A stretch of DNA of 64,000 bases from an uncultured Thermoleophilia bacterium (GTDB lineage Bacteria > Actinomycetota > Thermoleophilia > RBG-16-64-13). Under the pieces are notes generated by a model that saw nothing but the letters and a program-made list of their open reading frames with translations, searched no databases and had not been told where the DNA came from. Below are positions 39,569 to 49,261 of the stretch, one piece after another. The stretch spans positions 162,201 through 226,200 of the forward strand of contig CAVYVU010000017.1 of assembly GCA_963772095.1 (NCBI GenBank), read 5' to 3'. The stretch's first letter is position 1. Every line of letters starts with the position of its first letter. The position numbers and the translations under genes are program-made.

Positions 39569-41380
39569 TCACTCAAGCGCTGTCTGGCCGATCCGGAGGC
39601 CGAAGACGTGATTGACAATCGCGAAGCCCGGACGCGAGAGGGTAACGTCGAACCGGACCAGTCCCGGCGCGGCCAAAGGCAGGTCGAGAAACAGGTACCG
39701 CTCCAGCGTGCGGCCTTGCCGCTCGGAAGCCAACGTCGATCCTTCGCTTTGTGAGCCGACCACCTTCAAGGTCACCCTCCCCTCGACTGTCGCGGCGCCG
39801 GTTCGTGGATCAGCGACATCGATGGCGATGGAGTTCGAACCTGTCCGGCCGGGGGTCACTCGGATGACGAGTTGGACACTTCCGACGCTCGAGGCTCGCA
39901 TCGGTTCAAGACGCTGATGCTCGGCCCAGACCGAAGCACTCGGGGCGAGGGTGGTCATGATTCCCACGGCCCCCAGCAGCAACGCTCCCGCCGCCAATTC
40001 TGCCCTCAGAGACCAGCGGAAGTGCCTTGTTGCCCGGTCTGCGACTTCGTGGCCGCTCGTCCGCATGCCGGGCAGGACTAGCAGACGATTGAGCGCGCCG
40101 AGTCCAACGAGCGCGGCCACAAGTCCAAGCTTGACGAGTAGTACCCTGCCATACGTGGTTTGGGGAAGAAGAGCGATGTGCCGGACGTCAAGAAGAAAGG
40201 CGTAGAGGCCCGTCACCAAGAGTATCGCCACGCAGACGAGGGCGAGACGGGAGAAACGTCCAACAAGCGGACGATAGTCCGCGATCGCAGGCCCGCCCGG
40301 CAAAGCGGGCTGGGAGGCACGCCGTAGGGCCAATGCCAGGGGGACCAGGCCTCCCAACCACGCGACCATGGCCAAGAGATGGACCCAATCAAGTCCGGTC
40401 GAGACAACGGCCTGGCTCGATGCTGCCGCGTGTCCGCTCAGGCTGAAGGTCAGCAGGATTCCCGCCATCAGCAGGAGGTCGAAGCTCGCGAAGAGGAAGC
40501 GCCGAAGGGTTGTAGCCACCGCTTTGGGTCGCGCGGCAATCCAAGCGACCACGGCAAGAAGAAGGGCAAAGCCCATGCGAACCAGGAGAAGCTCGCCCGA
40601 GCGCCTCATCAGGACATCCGCAAGCGGAGCCCCGAATGCCTGACCAAGGGGCACACCGGCTGCACCAGCTGCCTCGACGAGCAGCACAAGGAAAGCGCCC
40701 ACCACCATCAGACCCGTTCCGACGAAGACCATGGGCAAGGACCCAGCCGTGAACTCCGTCCCGGCAGTGCGACGCACCAGGAAGCCGAAGAGTACGGAGC
40801 CCGCCGCAAGGGCTGCACCCAACAGACCCAACCAGCGGGCGATCGACTCCAACACGGGCGGTGGCTGAAGAGCCGGATCGGCAGTACCGAGTGGAGGCAA
40901 GCCGCCGATCGTATTGATCCCCAACCCGATCGAGAACGGCAAGGCCGTCTGGGTGACGTGCCCATCGTCGACAGAGCGGATCCTTAGGTCGGCGATGTAG
41001 TTACCGGAGGGGAGGCGGCCGATCTCGATACTCAGTTGCCGGGAGTCCGTGGGGCTGGCGGTTCCTGGGCCGGGATCTATCACTCGGTCCTGACCATCCA
41101 GTATCCGGACTTGACTGAAGGTCGGATCAATGGCCTCGCTGAAGTGAAAGACCAGCATTTGCGGTGGCTTTCCAGCGCTTGAGGCCCCCTGGAACTCCGC
41201 TTTCAGCAAGTCGGCGTGGGCAACAGCGGGGGTTGCGGGCAGAAACGTGAAAGACGCCATCAGGAGGATGGCCAGGACCACGCCCAGTCGCACGGGGCTA
41301 CGTAACCGTCTCGCGTTTCGCGGTGCTGAATGGAGTCTCAAGTTGTTGGACCGCGTTGCCGGTTGCCTGCGCCGCTCCAC
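39569..41380 (-). CDS. Copper resistance CopC/CopD fusion with a C-terminal YtkA/FixH-like domain
   Basis: Signal/TM, then CopC-like HADLL...FHFSEAIDP..., an approximately 8-TM CopD-like core, and a beta-rich tail. The exact start is uncertain. Confidence 0.8.
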   Translation of the reverse strand: MERRRQPATRSNNLRLHSAPRNARRLRSPVRLGVVLAILLMASFTFLPATPAVAHADLLKAEFQGASSAGKPPQMLVFHFSEAIDPTFSQVRILDGQDRVIDPGPGTASPTDSRQLSIEIGRLPSGNYIADLRIRSVDDGHVTQTALPFSIGLGINTIGGLPPLGTADPALQPPPVLESIARWLGLLGAALAAGSVLFGFLVRRTAGTEFTAGSLPMVFVGTGLMVVGAFLVLLVEAAGAAGVPLGQAFGAPLADVLMRRSGELLLVRMGFALLLAVVAWIAARPKAVATTLRRFLFASFDLLLMAGILLTFSLSGHAAASSQAVVSTGLDWVHLLAMVAWLGGLVPLALALRRASQPALPGGPAIADYRPLVGRFSRLALVCVAILLVTGLYAFLLDVRHIALLPQTTYGRVLLVKLGLVAALVGLGALNRLLVLPGMRTSGHEVADRATRHFRWSLRAELAAGALLLGAVGIMTTLAPSASVWAEHQRLEPMRASSVGSVQLVIRVTPGRTGSNSIAIDVADPRTGAATVEGRVTLKVVGSQSEGSTLASERQGRTLERYLFLDLPLAAPGLVRFDVTLSRPGFAIVNHVFGLRIGQTALE

Positions 41381-41547
41381 CCTTGACTTCCCGGCCTGGT
41401 CCGGTTCTACTCCTAGACCCCACGGATCATGCCGGAATGCCCCTTCGCCAGTTCGTCACCGCGAACCATGCGGTCGTAGAGCGGATCCGCAAAGTGTGTA
41501 CACTGACCTTGGAGCAAGACTGATACGTGCAACGAGGGGGGAATCCG

Positions 41548-42120
41548 ATGAAAGACAGGAAGCAACTGTTCTTCTGGCCTGTGCTCGTTATCGGTATCGC
41601 GTTGATCGTGATGCCCTTTGCGATGTCCATGCCCAGTAAGGCGGGCGCCGGACAGACCATGCTGGACAACTTCCGGCCGATCATGCAGCCGGCCAGCGTG
41701 AGCCAGACGGCCGACTACTACAACAAGACGTTCGTGCAACTGCGTCCAATCGCTGAAGCGGGACCGCAGCTTGCGAGCGAGGCGCCCAAGCTCATCGCGG
41801 CGCTCGCTCAACAGCTCAACATGTCGCCGGATCAGGTGCAGCAGTTCCTTGGATCGCAGTTCCCGGCGATGGCCGGCCTGCTCGGCGGCCTCCCCCAGCT
41901 GGTGCCCGTCTTCGCTAATGTGCCACCGGGTCTCGACCACTACAAGCCGCTGGTGGATGTGATGCAGGCGAACGTGACGAACTACCAGCAGGTCGATAGC
42001 TTGCCGAGCTTCCGTCTCTTCACGTGGTTCTTCGTTATCCCCGGCATCCTGCTCGTGCTGCTCGCCGGGGTGCCTCTGCTTTTGGGACTGCGCAAGCGCG
42101 GGACTCAGACGACCGCGTAG
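41548..42120 (+). CDS. Membrane-anchored hypothetical protein (TM at each end)
   Basis: MKDRKQLFFWPVLVIGIALIVMPF... and a C-terminal TM FTWFFVIPGILLVLLAGVPLLL. No family was recognised. Confidence 0.5.
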   Translation: MKDRKQLFFWPVLVIGIALIVMPFAMSMPSKAGAGQTMLDNFRPIMQPASVSQTADYYNKTFVQLRPIAEAGPQLASEAPKLIAALAQQLNMSPDQVQQFLGSQFPAMAGLLGGLPQLVPVFANVPPGLDHYKPLVDVMQANVTNYQQVDSLPSFRLFTWFFVIPGILLVLLAGVPLLLGLRKRGTQTTA

Positions 42121-42238
42121 CAAGCCCGGCGCGATGACGCGCGCCGCGAGGCGCGCACCTGGCCGTAGCCGCAACAGTTACAGCGAGGTGCGCGCCCGAG
42201 GAGTCGACACTCATCGTCGGTGCTGCGCAAGAATGGTG

Positions 42239-42279
42239 ACCTCGACCAGGCAACCTTTCCCGATCGTCCTGGTCGAGGT
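42239..42279. terminator. 12-bp hairpin (ACCTCGACCAGG/CCTGGTCGAGGT) between convergent genes
   Basis: A perfect inverted repeat with a 17-nt loop, followed by TTTGTCTCT on the plus strand. Confidence 0.55.
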
Positions 42280-42285
42280 TTGTCT

Positions 42286-43269
42286 CTACAGCATCCCCTG
42301 CCCCGCGAACCAGCCCACGGTGTCCTCCATCGTCTCCCGAAGGGGGCGAGGGGAGAAACCGAGCTCACGATAAGCCTTTTCGTGACTCATAAAGCAGTTG
42401 GAGGAGATGACATCGAGCGAGTAGGTGGTGAAGAGGGGCCGCTGACGGGTGATCCAATAGTAAGCAGGGATGAGGAAGCTGACCGCGCGCGTGAAACCGA
42501 AAGGAATACGCCAGCGCGGAGCTGGAGCTCCCGTGATGAGCTCCACGGTGTGGATCAGGTCGCCCACTGTCATCTGGTGGCCGGCTAGGATGTAACCCTC
42601 CCCACGGCGGCCCTTCTTGGCCGCGGCCATCAATCCTTGCGCCACATCCCGCACGTCGACGAAGTTGTAAGCGCCCCGGACGTAGGCCCTGAGGCGGCCA
42701 TGAAAACAATCGAGCATTAGCTGACCGAGGTCGGAGGGACGGAAATCGTAGGGCCCGACGATGGCGGAGGGATAGACAACGACTGCGTCGAGACCTTCCC
42801 TTGCGGCGTCCAATACGAGGAGAGTGGCTTCGGCCTTGGTCTTCGCATAGGGACCGCGGACGCGGAGGGGATCGATGGTATTGGTCTCCTCAAGACAGGT
42901 CCCCCACGGCCACTCCACAAAGGCGTGGACTGAGCTCGTGTACACGAGGCGACCCACACCAGCCTCCCGGCAGGCGGCGAGGACGTTGCGAGTGCCAGCT
43001 ACATTGGTTTCGCGCAGCCGCTTCGTCCCGCCCCCGGCGATGGACACGATACCCGCCAGATGAAAGACCACGTCGGCCCCGTGAAAGGCCTGGACGAGGG
43101 AGTCGTAGCGGCGCACATCGGCCTCGATCACCTCCACATCGAGATCGGCGATGGAGACAGTGCTCCTGCCCGGCGCCACCACCGCGCGCAGCCCCGCCGC
43201 CCCTTCGGCAGCCAGGCTGCGTACAAGCACGTTGCCTGCGTGGCCCGTTGCCCCTGTCACGACAATCAT
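42286..43269 (-). CDS. NAD-dependent epimerase/dehydratase family (extended SDR)
   Basis: MIVVTGATGHAGNVLVRSL, and YAKTK catalytic pattern. ATGA overlap with the pabBC stop. Confidence 0.8.
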   Translation of the reverse strand: MIVVTGATGHAGNVLVRSLAAEGAAGLRAVVAPGRSTVSIADLDVEVIEADVRRYDSLVQAFHGADVVFHLAGIVSIAGGGTKRLRETNVAGTRNVLAACREAGVGRLVYTSSVHAFVEWPWGTCLEETNTIDPLRVRGPYAKTKAEATLLVLDAAREGLDAVVVYPSAIVGPYDFRPSDLGQLMLDCFHGRLRAYVRGAYNFVDVRDVAQGLMAAAKKGRRGEGYILAGHQMTVGDLIHTVELITGAPAPRWRIPFGFTRAVSFLIPAYYWITRQRPLFTTYSLDVISSNCFMSHEKAYRELGFSPRPLRETMEDTVGWFAGQGML

Positions 43270-45131
43270 TCCGCTTCTCCCCGACGAGTTTGAGAGCGCC
43301 GCCCGGCACCGACGGACCACAGCATCTTCCCGCCACCCCACACTTCTCCGACTACCACGCCGCCCCGCACTGAGTTCCCGACGACGATCTCGTCGGCCGT
43401 CTGAAGTTCTGCGCCGGTAAGGGACCGTTCTTGCGCGCCCACCTGCCGGATGAAGGCCTCGCGCCAGATGCCGGGCAGTAGTCCGTCAAAAACGGGAGGT
43501 GTGACCCAACGCTCGCCGAACCTGGCAAACAGGTTGGTGATGGCGCCCTCAGTCACGCAGCCGCGCTCGTTGGAGAAGATAACCTCGAAGAACCTTGAGC
43601 TGGTGGCTGCCTCACGCTCCGCGTCGTAGAAGGTGCGCCGGTTCGTCTTGTGGTAAAGGAAGCGGTCCCTCGAATCGGTGATTCCCTCGGCAAGCAACAA
43701 GCGCACCGGCGATGAGGGTGCCGGGGAAAGCTTACGCTCTTCGAACGTCATCGTGCCATCGGCTCGGAGCTGGAGACGCACGACCACCGGGACCTGGCTG
43801 GCCCGGCGCGCGAACTCGGCCATCCGCCGCTTGGTCGTGCGCAGGTCGAAGGGGTAATCCCAGTATTCGGCTGAATCGCCAAGTCGCTTCAAGTGTTCAG
43901 CTTTGAAGCGATAGTCGCGAGACTCGTCCAAGAGCATCGTCTCAAACAGCGTGAGCCCCAGAGTGATGTTGGAGAGGAACCGCGACTTGAGCAGTGCCTC
44001 CTCGTACTCGCTCTCGGCCCGAGAATCCCAGACTATCCCCCCGCCCACACCCAGGTCGAAGAAACCTCCTTCATGCACGAGCGTGCGGATGGCGAGATTA
44101 CAGGTGAAGTCCCCGCCGGGCAGGAAGAGGCAGATGGCGCCGGTGTAGACGCCACGGGGCTCCGGCTCCAGGTCACGAATGATCTGCATGGTGCGGTGCT
44201 TGGGCGCCCCGGTGATCGAGGCGCCCGGGAAGGTCGCTTCGAATATGCCACTAAGGCCGACGTCATCACGCACCTTCCCGATGACCGTACTCGTCATCTG
44301 CATAAGGCTGCGATACTTCTCCACGCAAAACACGGCTGGCCAGCGCACGGAACCGGTCCGACAGATGCGTCCCAGATCGTTCCGCACCATGTCGGTGATC
44401 ATCAGATTCTCGGCTCTGTCTTTCTCACTAGCCCGGAGCGCCGCCGCCAATTCCATGTCCTCCTCTTTGGTCCTTCCCCGGCGGATAGTCCCTTTCATAG
44501 GCCGGCTTTCCAGGGTCTCCCCGCGACGGCTGAGGAACAGCTCGGGGGACAAGCTGAGTATCTGCGCGTCCCCCAGGTCGAGATAGGCCGCAAAAGGAAC
44601 CGGATGCGAGTCCAGCAGGACGAGGAAGAGCTCCGAGGGATCTACGTTTAGAGAGAACCGAGCGTGACAGGTGTAGTTCACTTGATAGGTGTCCCCGGCG
44701 GCGATGAGCTCCCTGATCCTGCCGATGGCGGTTTCGTAGGAAGCCCGGCTCACGTTCAGATGTTCGCCGGTCAGAAAGAGACTGGGCGGCGTGAGAGCAG
44801 GCCGGAGGTCGCGTGGCGCGAGCTTCTGTGCGCGCTCGGGTGAGTAGACCGCCATCCACGCTAAAGGCACGTCAGTCGAAGGAGCGTGAGTCGAGAGGCC
44901 GAAGGCGGAGCCGGCCTCGTAGCTTAGATACCCAGCCACGAAGCGTCCGCGGCCCTGCTCCACCTCGACCTCGGCCAACAACCCTGGGACGTCCTCGGCC
45001 ACTAGAGCCGTCAGGATTCGCCGCGGCTCGGTGAGAAGCAAAGCCGGGGCGACTTCGCCCCAGGCGCCCTGGCCGGAGAATAGCAGGGTAGGAGGTTTTC
45101 CCGATGAAGTTCGCCAGCCAGAAGAAGTCAT
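43266..45131 (-). CDS. pabB: Aminodeoxychorismate synthase component I fused to an aminodeoxychorismate lyase-like (class IV aminotransferase) domain
   Basis: N-terminal: GDTYQVNYT.., GAPKHRTMQIIRDLEPEPRGVYTGAI. C-terminal: ..ERGCVTEGAITNLF...PPVFDGLLPGIWR. Confidence 0.85.
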   Translation of the reverse strand: MTSSGWRTSSGKPPTLLFSGQGAWGEVAPALLLTEPRRILTALVAEDVPGLLAEVEVEQGRGRFVAGYLSYEAGSAFGLSTHAPSTDVPLAWMAVYSPERAQKLAPRDLRPALTPPSLFLTGEHLNVSRASYETAIGRIRELIAAGDTYQVNYTCHARFSLNVDPSELFLVLLDSHPVPFAAYLDLGDAQILSLSPELFLSRRGETLESRPMKGTIRRGRTKEEDMELAAALRASEKDRAENLMITDMVRNDLGRICRTGSVRWPAVFCVEKYRSLMQMTSTVIGKVRDDVGLSGIFEATFPGASITGAPKHRTMQIIRDLEPEPRGVYTGAICLFLPGGDFTCNLAIRTLVHEGGFFDLGVGGGIVWDSRAESEYEEALLKSRFLSNITLGLTLFETMLLDESRDYRFKAEHLKRLGDSAEYWDYPFDLRTTKRRMAEFARRASQVPVVVRLQLRADGTMTFEERKLSPAPSSPVRLLLAEGITDSRDRFLYHKTNRRTFYDAEREAATSSRFFEVIFSNERGCVTEGAITNLFARFGERWVTPPVFDGLLPGIWREAFIRQVGAQERSLTGAELQTADEIVVGNSVRGGVVVGEVWGGGKMLWSVGAGRRSQTRRGEAE

Positions 45132-45203
45132 GCCACCAGTGTCTCAGCTACACGAGGTTTCGGCACCGACCGTCTCCACCGGGCGGCGGGGTCTTCCGCG
45201 CGT

Positions 45204-45310
45204 GCGCCGTTGCAGCCGACATCGGATCTTCCCAGCGGGCAGCCCGGCGAGACAGGAAACTGTACAAGAATTTCCTTGCCCACCAGCGTCATCAGACTCT
45301 CCCGATGAAA
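45204..45310 (-). pseudogene. Stub of a glutamine amidotransferase (pabA/trpG-like) 3' end immediately upstream of pabB
   Basis: About 108 nt aligns to trpG at 35959-36064. A 47-nt core has 2 mismatches and there is one 1-nt indel. The region upstream of the stub is not GATase-like and begins after a TAA. Confidence 0.6.
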
Positions 45311-45514
45311 TTACTCCCTTCGCTGCCCAACGCGGAATCAGCTCTCCACGACCGTCCGAAGGATCGTTCCGGCGTGGTTTGCGATGAAGGAAATGCTACC
45401 TTCTTCAGACCGTTCCACCGGAGCCGTTGGGCGGCGCCAGCTCACTGCTCCAATCGCCCGCTCCCCAATCACATCGACGAGAAGAAGCTTACCCGCGGCC
45501 GGCAAGCTGCGCGA

Positions 45515-46819
45515 TCAAGCCTTCGATAGCGCGAACCGCACGAATCGTGAGCGGACCTGCTCGGCGGCCACCAGACGCTCGGCCGGGGGCAGGGAAAGGA
45601 TCGTCCTGAGCACAGCATTCGCGAAGGCCGGTCCCCTCCCAGCGGTGCCGTCGATGAGAAGGTCCGCGAGTCTCCCCCGCTCGAGCATTGCTCGGGTCAA
45701 GAATTCGACCGTGTTTGCAGGGATGTGCCGCTGCTGCGGGCGACGTTGCAACTGGAGAGAGTGCTGGCGACACGAACCGACGCACACGCCGCAACCAACA
45801 CAGCGATCGTAATCGACCAGGGCGACCGGGCGCTTTCCAGTACTCGCTTCGCCGGCTGAGACAGACCGCCGGGCAACCAGTGAGATGGCTTCCACCGGGC
45901 AAGCACGGAGGCAGCGAGCGCAGCCATTACAGCTTTCTGTGTCGACCAGAGGCTGAAAGCCGCTGGGCACGACGACCGAATGGCCCACGCGCACCGAGTG
46001 GAGCTCTTCACAGCAGCAAGAACAGCAACTGCAGATGTACGTTACCTTCTGTTGCACGTTGTCTGCGATGTGGACGAGGCCTGCTTCGCGGCCTGCCGCC
46101 AAGACCTGCAGACCCTCCTCTCGGCTGATCTCTCGGGCCAGACCGTGGCGGATCAAATAGTCGGCTCCTCTGTTCAGGCTCATGCACATCTCCATCGGGG
46201 TCTCACAAGCAGTGCCCAGGTGATGGGCCTTGTGACGGCAGTAGCAGTTGGTGACGCTAAGCCTGTTCGCGTCCTCGACCAAGGCGTCGGCCCGTTCCCA
46301 GTCGAGCACTTCCGACAACAGATCATCGAAGAGCGCTGATTCGTGGGCCAAGGCCCGGCCGATCACGGTATCGGCCCCGGATGCCTCCTCCATGAAGCGC
46401 GGGTCATGCAGGTAGATGTCGTAAGCCTGGGCCAGCTTCGCCTTGGGCAGGTGATCGGCTAAGCGCATCATGGAGAACTCGAAGAGCCCGACCATCGGTG
46501 GCGCGAGCATGTAGAGCGTTTCTCCGTCGCGCTGGTCGGTGAGGTCCAGCACGAGACCCTTGTCGGCCATGGCCTCAAGCCGGGCGCGCACGCCTTCCTT
46601 CTCCAGCCGCATCCGGCGGGCGATGCGCTCCACCGACGTGGGTAGCACTGGTAGCTTGGCGGCCAGAGCCGCGTCGTCGGGTGAGAATAGGGTCTCGAGA
46701 ATATCCTGCCAGGCTGCTTTTGCGGTCGGATCTGCCGGCTCGACCATGGCGAGCGCCCCATGTCGTAGCCGATCGGCAAGTGCCCGATGCTCTTTCCCCA
46801 AGTGGCCTCCGTGCCCCAT
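45515..46819 (-). CDS. Fe-S cluster protein with an N-terminal winged-helix-like region and a 4Fe-4S dicluster domain
   Basis: CYCRHKAHHLGTAC, CSCCSCCCE, CNGCARCLRACP and CVGCGVCVGSC. The start was chosen at ATG 46819, behind GGAGG. Confidence 0.7.
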   Translation of the reverse strand: MGHGGHLGKEHRALADRLRHGALAMVEPADPTAKAAWQDILETLFSPDDAALAAKLPVLPTSVERIARRMRLEKEGVRARLEAMADKGLVLDLTDQRDGETLYMLAPPMVGLFEFSMMRLADHLPKAKLAQAYDIYLHDPRFMEEASGADTVIGRALAHESALFDDLLSEVLDWERADALVEDANRLSVTNCYCRHKAHHLGTACETPMEMCMSLNRGADYLIRHGLAREISREEGLQVLAAGREAGLVHIADNVQQKVTYICSCCSCCCEELHSVRVGHSVVVPSGFQPLVDTESCNGCARCLRACPVEAISLVARRSVSAGEASTGKRPVALVDYDRCVGCGVCVGSCRQHSLQLQRRPQQRHIPANTVEFLTRAMLERGRLADLLIDGTAGRGPAFANAVLRTILSLPPAERLVAAEQVRSRFVRFALSKA

Positions 46820-47392
46820 GACGCCTCCGTCGCACATTGCCTTTGTCACACCTATCAACCCGCAGCTACTGCCTGACTTTAGTCTAATACGGCCGCCGGG
46901 AAAACGGGAACGGCTCTGTCTTCGGCGACGAACTGGTGCTAGCAGGACCGCTATTCTTGGTCTGGGGGGACCCAGGCAGGGTTGCGCCTTGGCTGGTTCT
47001 CACGTCGGCCTCCGCGCCCGCCGGTCTGATCCCGCCCGCGGAATTCGCATCTTCGCATCACGACAGCCCGACCATGAGCCCTAGCGATGACCACTTCTCG
47101 AATGGCGCCCTGACGCTGGGGCGGCAGTGACTTCAGCTCCGCCACTGCGCGGCACCCTCGACACACGCGGACGGGTAGGTGACGTCCTCAAGTGAGGGTC
47201 GCTTTGTGGCTAAGAGCAGGTCCACGTGTTTCACGACAAGGCTTGTCCAACGAATGTCGCTTTCTGGCCGCTCGCGTTCGCCCTGCTGTCGCATGCATCA
47301 AGACCGAAATCGCGGCGAGACCTCTCGTCCGCATCCCCTGTCGGCAACCGAAGCCCGAGCGAGCGGCGCGACCGCGCCGCGAGGCATCAGCC

Positions 47393-47590
47393 TCAGCCGT
47401 AGATCGTGCGGGTGGGGCCGCCACAGTTCGGGTCAGACAGCGGGCCGTTGCGCAGGAAGCTGGCGAAGGTCTGGCGGACGGCATTCGATCCGCACTCCGG
47501 GCAGCGCTTCTGCTTGGGCTTGAGGGCCACGCGCGTCACCAACTCGAAAACGTGTTTGCACTCCCTGCAGACCAGATCGACTTGTGCCAT
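47393..47590 (-). CDS. FmdB-family zinc-ribbon protein
   Basis: MAQVDLVCRECKHVFE...KRCPECGS, 65 aa. The start overlaps the upstream stop (TGATG). Confidence 0.65.
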   Translation of the reverse strand: MAQVDLVCRECKHVFELVTRVALKPKQKRCPECGSNAVRQTFASFLRNGPLSDPNCGGPTRTIYG

Positions 47591-47787
47591 CAGAGCACCC
47601 CGACATTGTCCGAGACCCGCGAGAACACGCGGCAGACCTGGCTGCACGCGCCGCACTCGGTGCATAACTCCCGATCGATGCGCGGCGCCGAGGAGATGCT
47701 GTCCTGGATGAGCGCTCCGACAGGACAGCGCCCCACCGCGGGGCAAGCGTGGTTCTGTGGACAGAAGTGCTGGTTCACGGCGATCAT
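47590..47787 (-). CDS. Small ferredoxin-like Cys-rich protein
   Basis: 65 aa with CPQNHACPAVGRCP and CTECGACSQVC. Confidence 0.6.
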   Translation of the reverse strand: MIAVNQHFCPQNHACPAVGRCPVGALIQDSISSAPRIDRELCTECGACSQVCRVFSRVSDNVGVL

Positions 47788-47899
47788 TCTTTCTCCTGAG
47801 GATCGTTTACGTGGATTTGACGGCGTTGAAGCCGGCTACTTGTGGCAAGTGGCACGAGGCGGTCGGCGGTATCTTCATTGTTCTCGCACAACGGAGCCA

Positions 47900-48181
47900 C
47901 TAGCTTTCGAGTACGTGTGCTCTGTCGGCCAGGTGGCGACCGAGGATCTCGTCGATGATCTCGCAGGCCTCCGAGAGACGGGGGTCGATGACCTCCCACC
48001 GTACGCGGCCCTCCCGACGAGACCGTTTCACCAGCCCTTCGCCCTGGAGGACGGCCAGATGCTGAGACACATTCGGCCGGCTCACCTCCAGCGCTTCCGC
48101 CAGTTCGCTGGGCGTAAGGGCGCCTTTGCACAGCAGATGCATCAGCTCGTGGCGCGTGGGATTGGCGAGCGCCGCGAACAC
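47900..48181 (-). CDS. ArsR/SmtB family transcriptional regulator
   Basis: FAALANPTRHELMHLL....TPSELAEALEVSRPNVSQHLAVLQGEGLV. GTG start; short N-terminus. Confidence 0.8.
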   Translation of the reverse strand: MFAALANPTRHELMHLLCKGALTPSELAEALEVSRPNVSQHLAVLQGEGLVKRSRREGRVRWEVIDPRLSEACEIIDEILGRHLADRAHVLES

Positions 48182-48450
48182 TGCGGCATGGATGGGCGTT
48201 CGCGTTCCTTGCTCATGTGACCATTATTGCAGAATTTCGCAATTACGAAACATCGCGGCCTTGGGGCGCGGCGAGAGCTGCTTCTAGGAACACCACCTGA
48301 GCATCCCTGATCCCCGGCAATGGCCGTCACACATCACGAAGAGGCTCGTGTGCGACGAGGCCATTCACGGAGAGCACGAATCCGTGAGCTGCACGAGGAA
48401 AGAAGGACTCAGTGCTTGCACCGCATTCCTCACGCTGGGCCTTTCGTGGG

Positions 48451-49261
48451 CTACTCGAGCAGCATTCGGTCCACGGCGAGGGTCTCACCGCTGACTTCGT
48501 GGAACTTCCGGATGAGACCCGGTATTGTCAAGGTCTCCTTCTGAGCGCCGGTCATATCTAGGATGATCCGACCCGCGTGCATCATCATGAGGCGGTTGCC
48601 CCAGCTGGAGCGCGATCTCCATGTTGTGCGTAACCATTAGAGTGGTCAATTTGCGTTCCTGGACGATCTTACCCGTGAGATCCATGATCGTTGCGGCGAC
48701 TTTGGGATCAAGCGCAGCGGTGTGTTCATCCAGGAGCAGTAGTCGCGGTTCGGCCACAGTGGCCATCAGAAGCGACATTGCCTGTCGCTGGCCCCCGGAC
48801 AGTTTGTTTACCTGAGCATTTAGGCGGGTCTCCAGACCCATGTCGAGCTCGGCCAACTGCTCTTTCATCTGCCGTCTCAGTCTTGCGGGTACCCCAGGCC
48901 GCAGACCCCTTCGGCGCCCCCGGAGATAGGCCATGGCCATGTTTTCTTGAATGGACATAGAGGGCGCCGTCCCCGCGCGGGGATCCTGAAAGACCCGTCC
49001 TATCAGTTTTGCTCTCGTGTGCTCAGCGAGGTTGGTTATGTCTTTGCCCTCAAGTCGAACGGTGCCGGCAGTGACAGGCACGGTGCCCGCGATGGCGTTC
49101 AAGAGGGTCGATTTGCCTGATCCGTTCGAGCCGATTATCGTGATGAAATCGCCGGGGTTGACCTCAAGGCTGATGTCGTTCAGAGCCACGACCTCATTGA
49201 TTGTGCGAGGGAAGAAGACCTTCTTGAGGTCCTGCACGAGAAGACCGGCTGGATCGCTCAC
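48451..49261 (-). pseudogene. ABC transporter ATP-binding protein (COG1101-type) with a single +1 frameshift at a G4/C4 run (48599-48602); possibly a sequencing artefact
   Basis: Walker A GSNGSGKST, LSGGQRQ, LLLDEH. After ...ALQLG the listed frame reads nonsense. Removing one G restores GNRLMMMHAGRIILDMTGAQKETLTIPGLIRKFHEVSGETLAVDRMLLE, ending at a stop at 48451. Confidence 0.7.

Noticed and set aside
41413-42174. 253-aa minus-strand ORF
   Set aside because: Antisense to the membrane-anchored protein at 41548..42120. The sequence is highly charged, His/Arg-rich and low-complexity. The plus-strand ORF has clean terminal TM helices and a downstream hairpin.
46951-47166. Possible sigma-70 region-4 remnant (..ELKSLPPQRQGAIREVVIA..)
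   Set aside because: The resemblance is limited to about 20 residues and needs further assumed frameshifts. This is too weak to call.
47192-48220. 342-aa plus-strand ORF spanning three small minus-strand genes
   Set aside because: The opposite strand encodes recognisable ArsR HTH, ferredoxin-like CxxCxxC and FmdB zinc-ribbon motifs with coupled start/stop codons. The plus ORF has no recognisable features.
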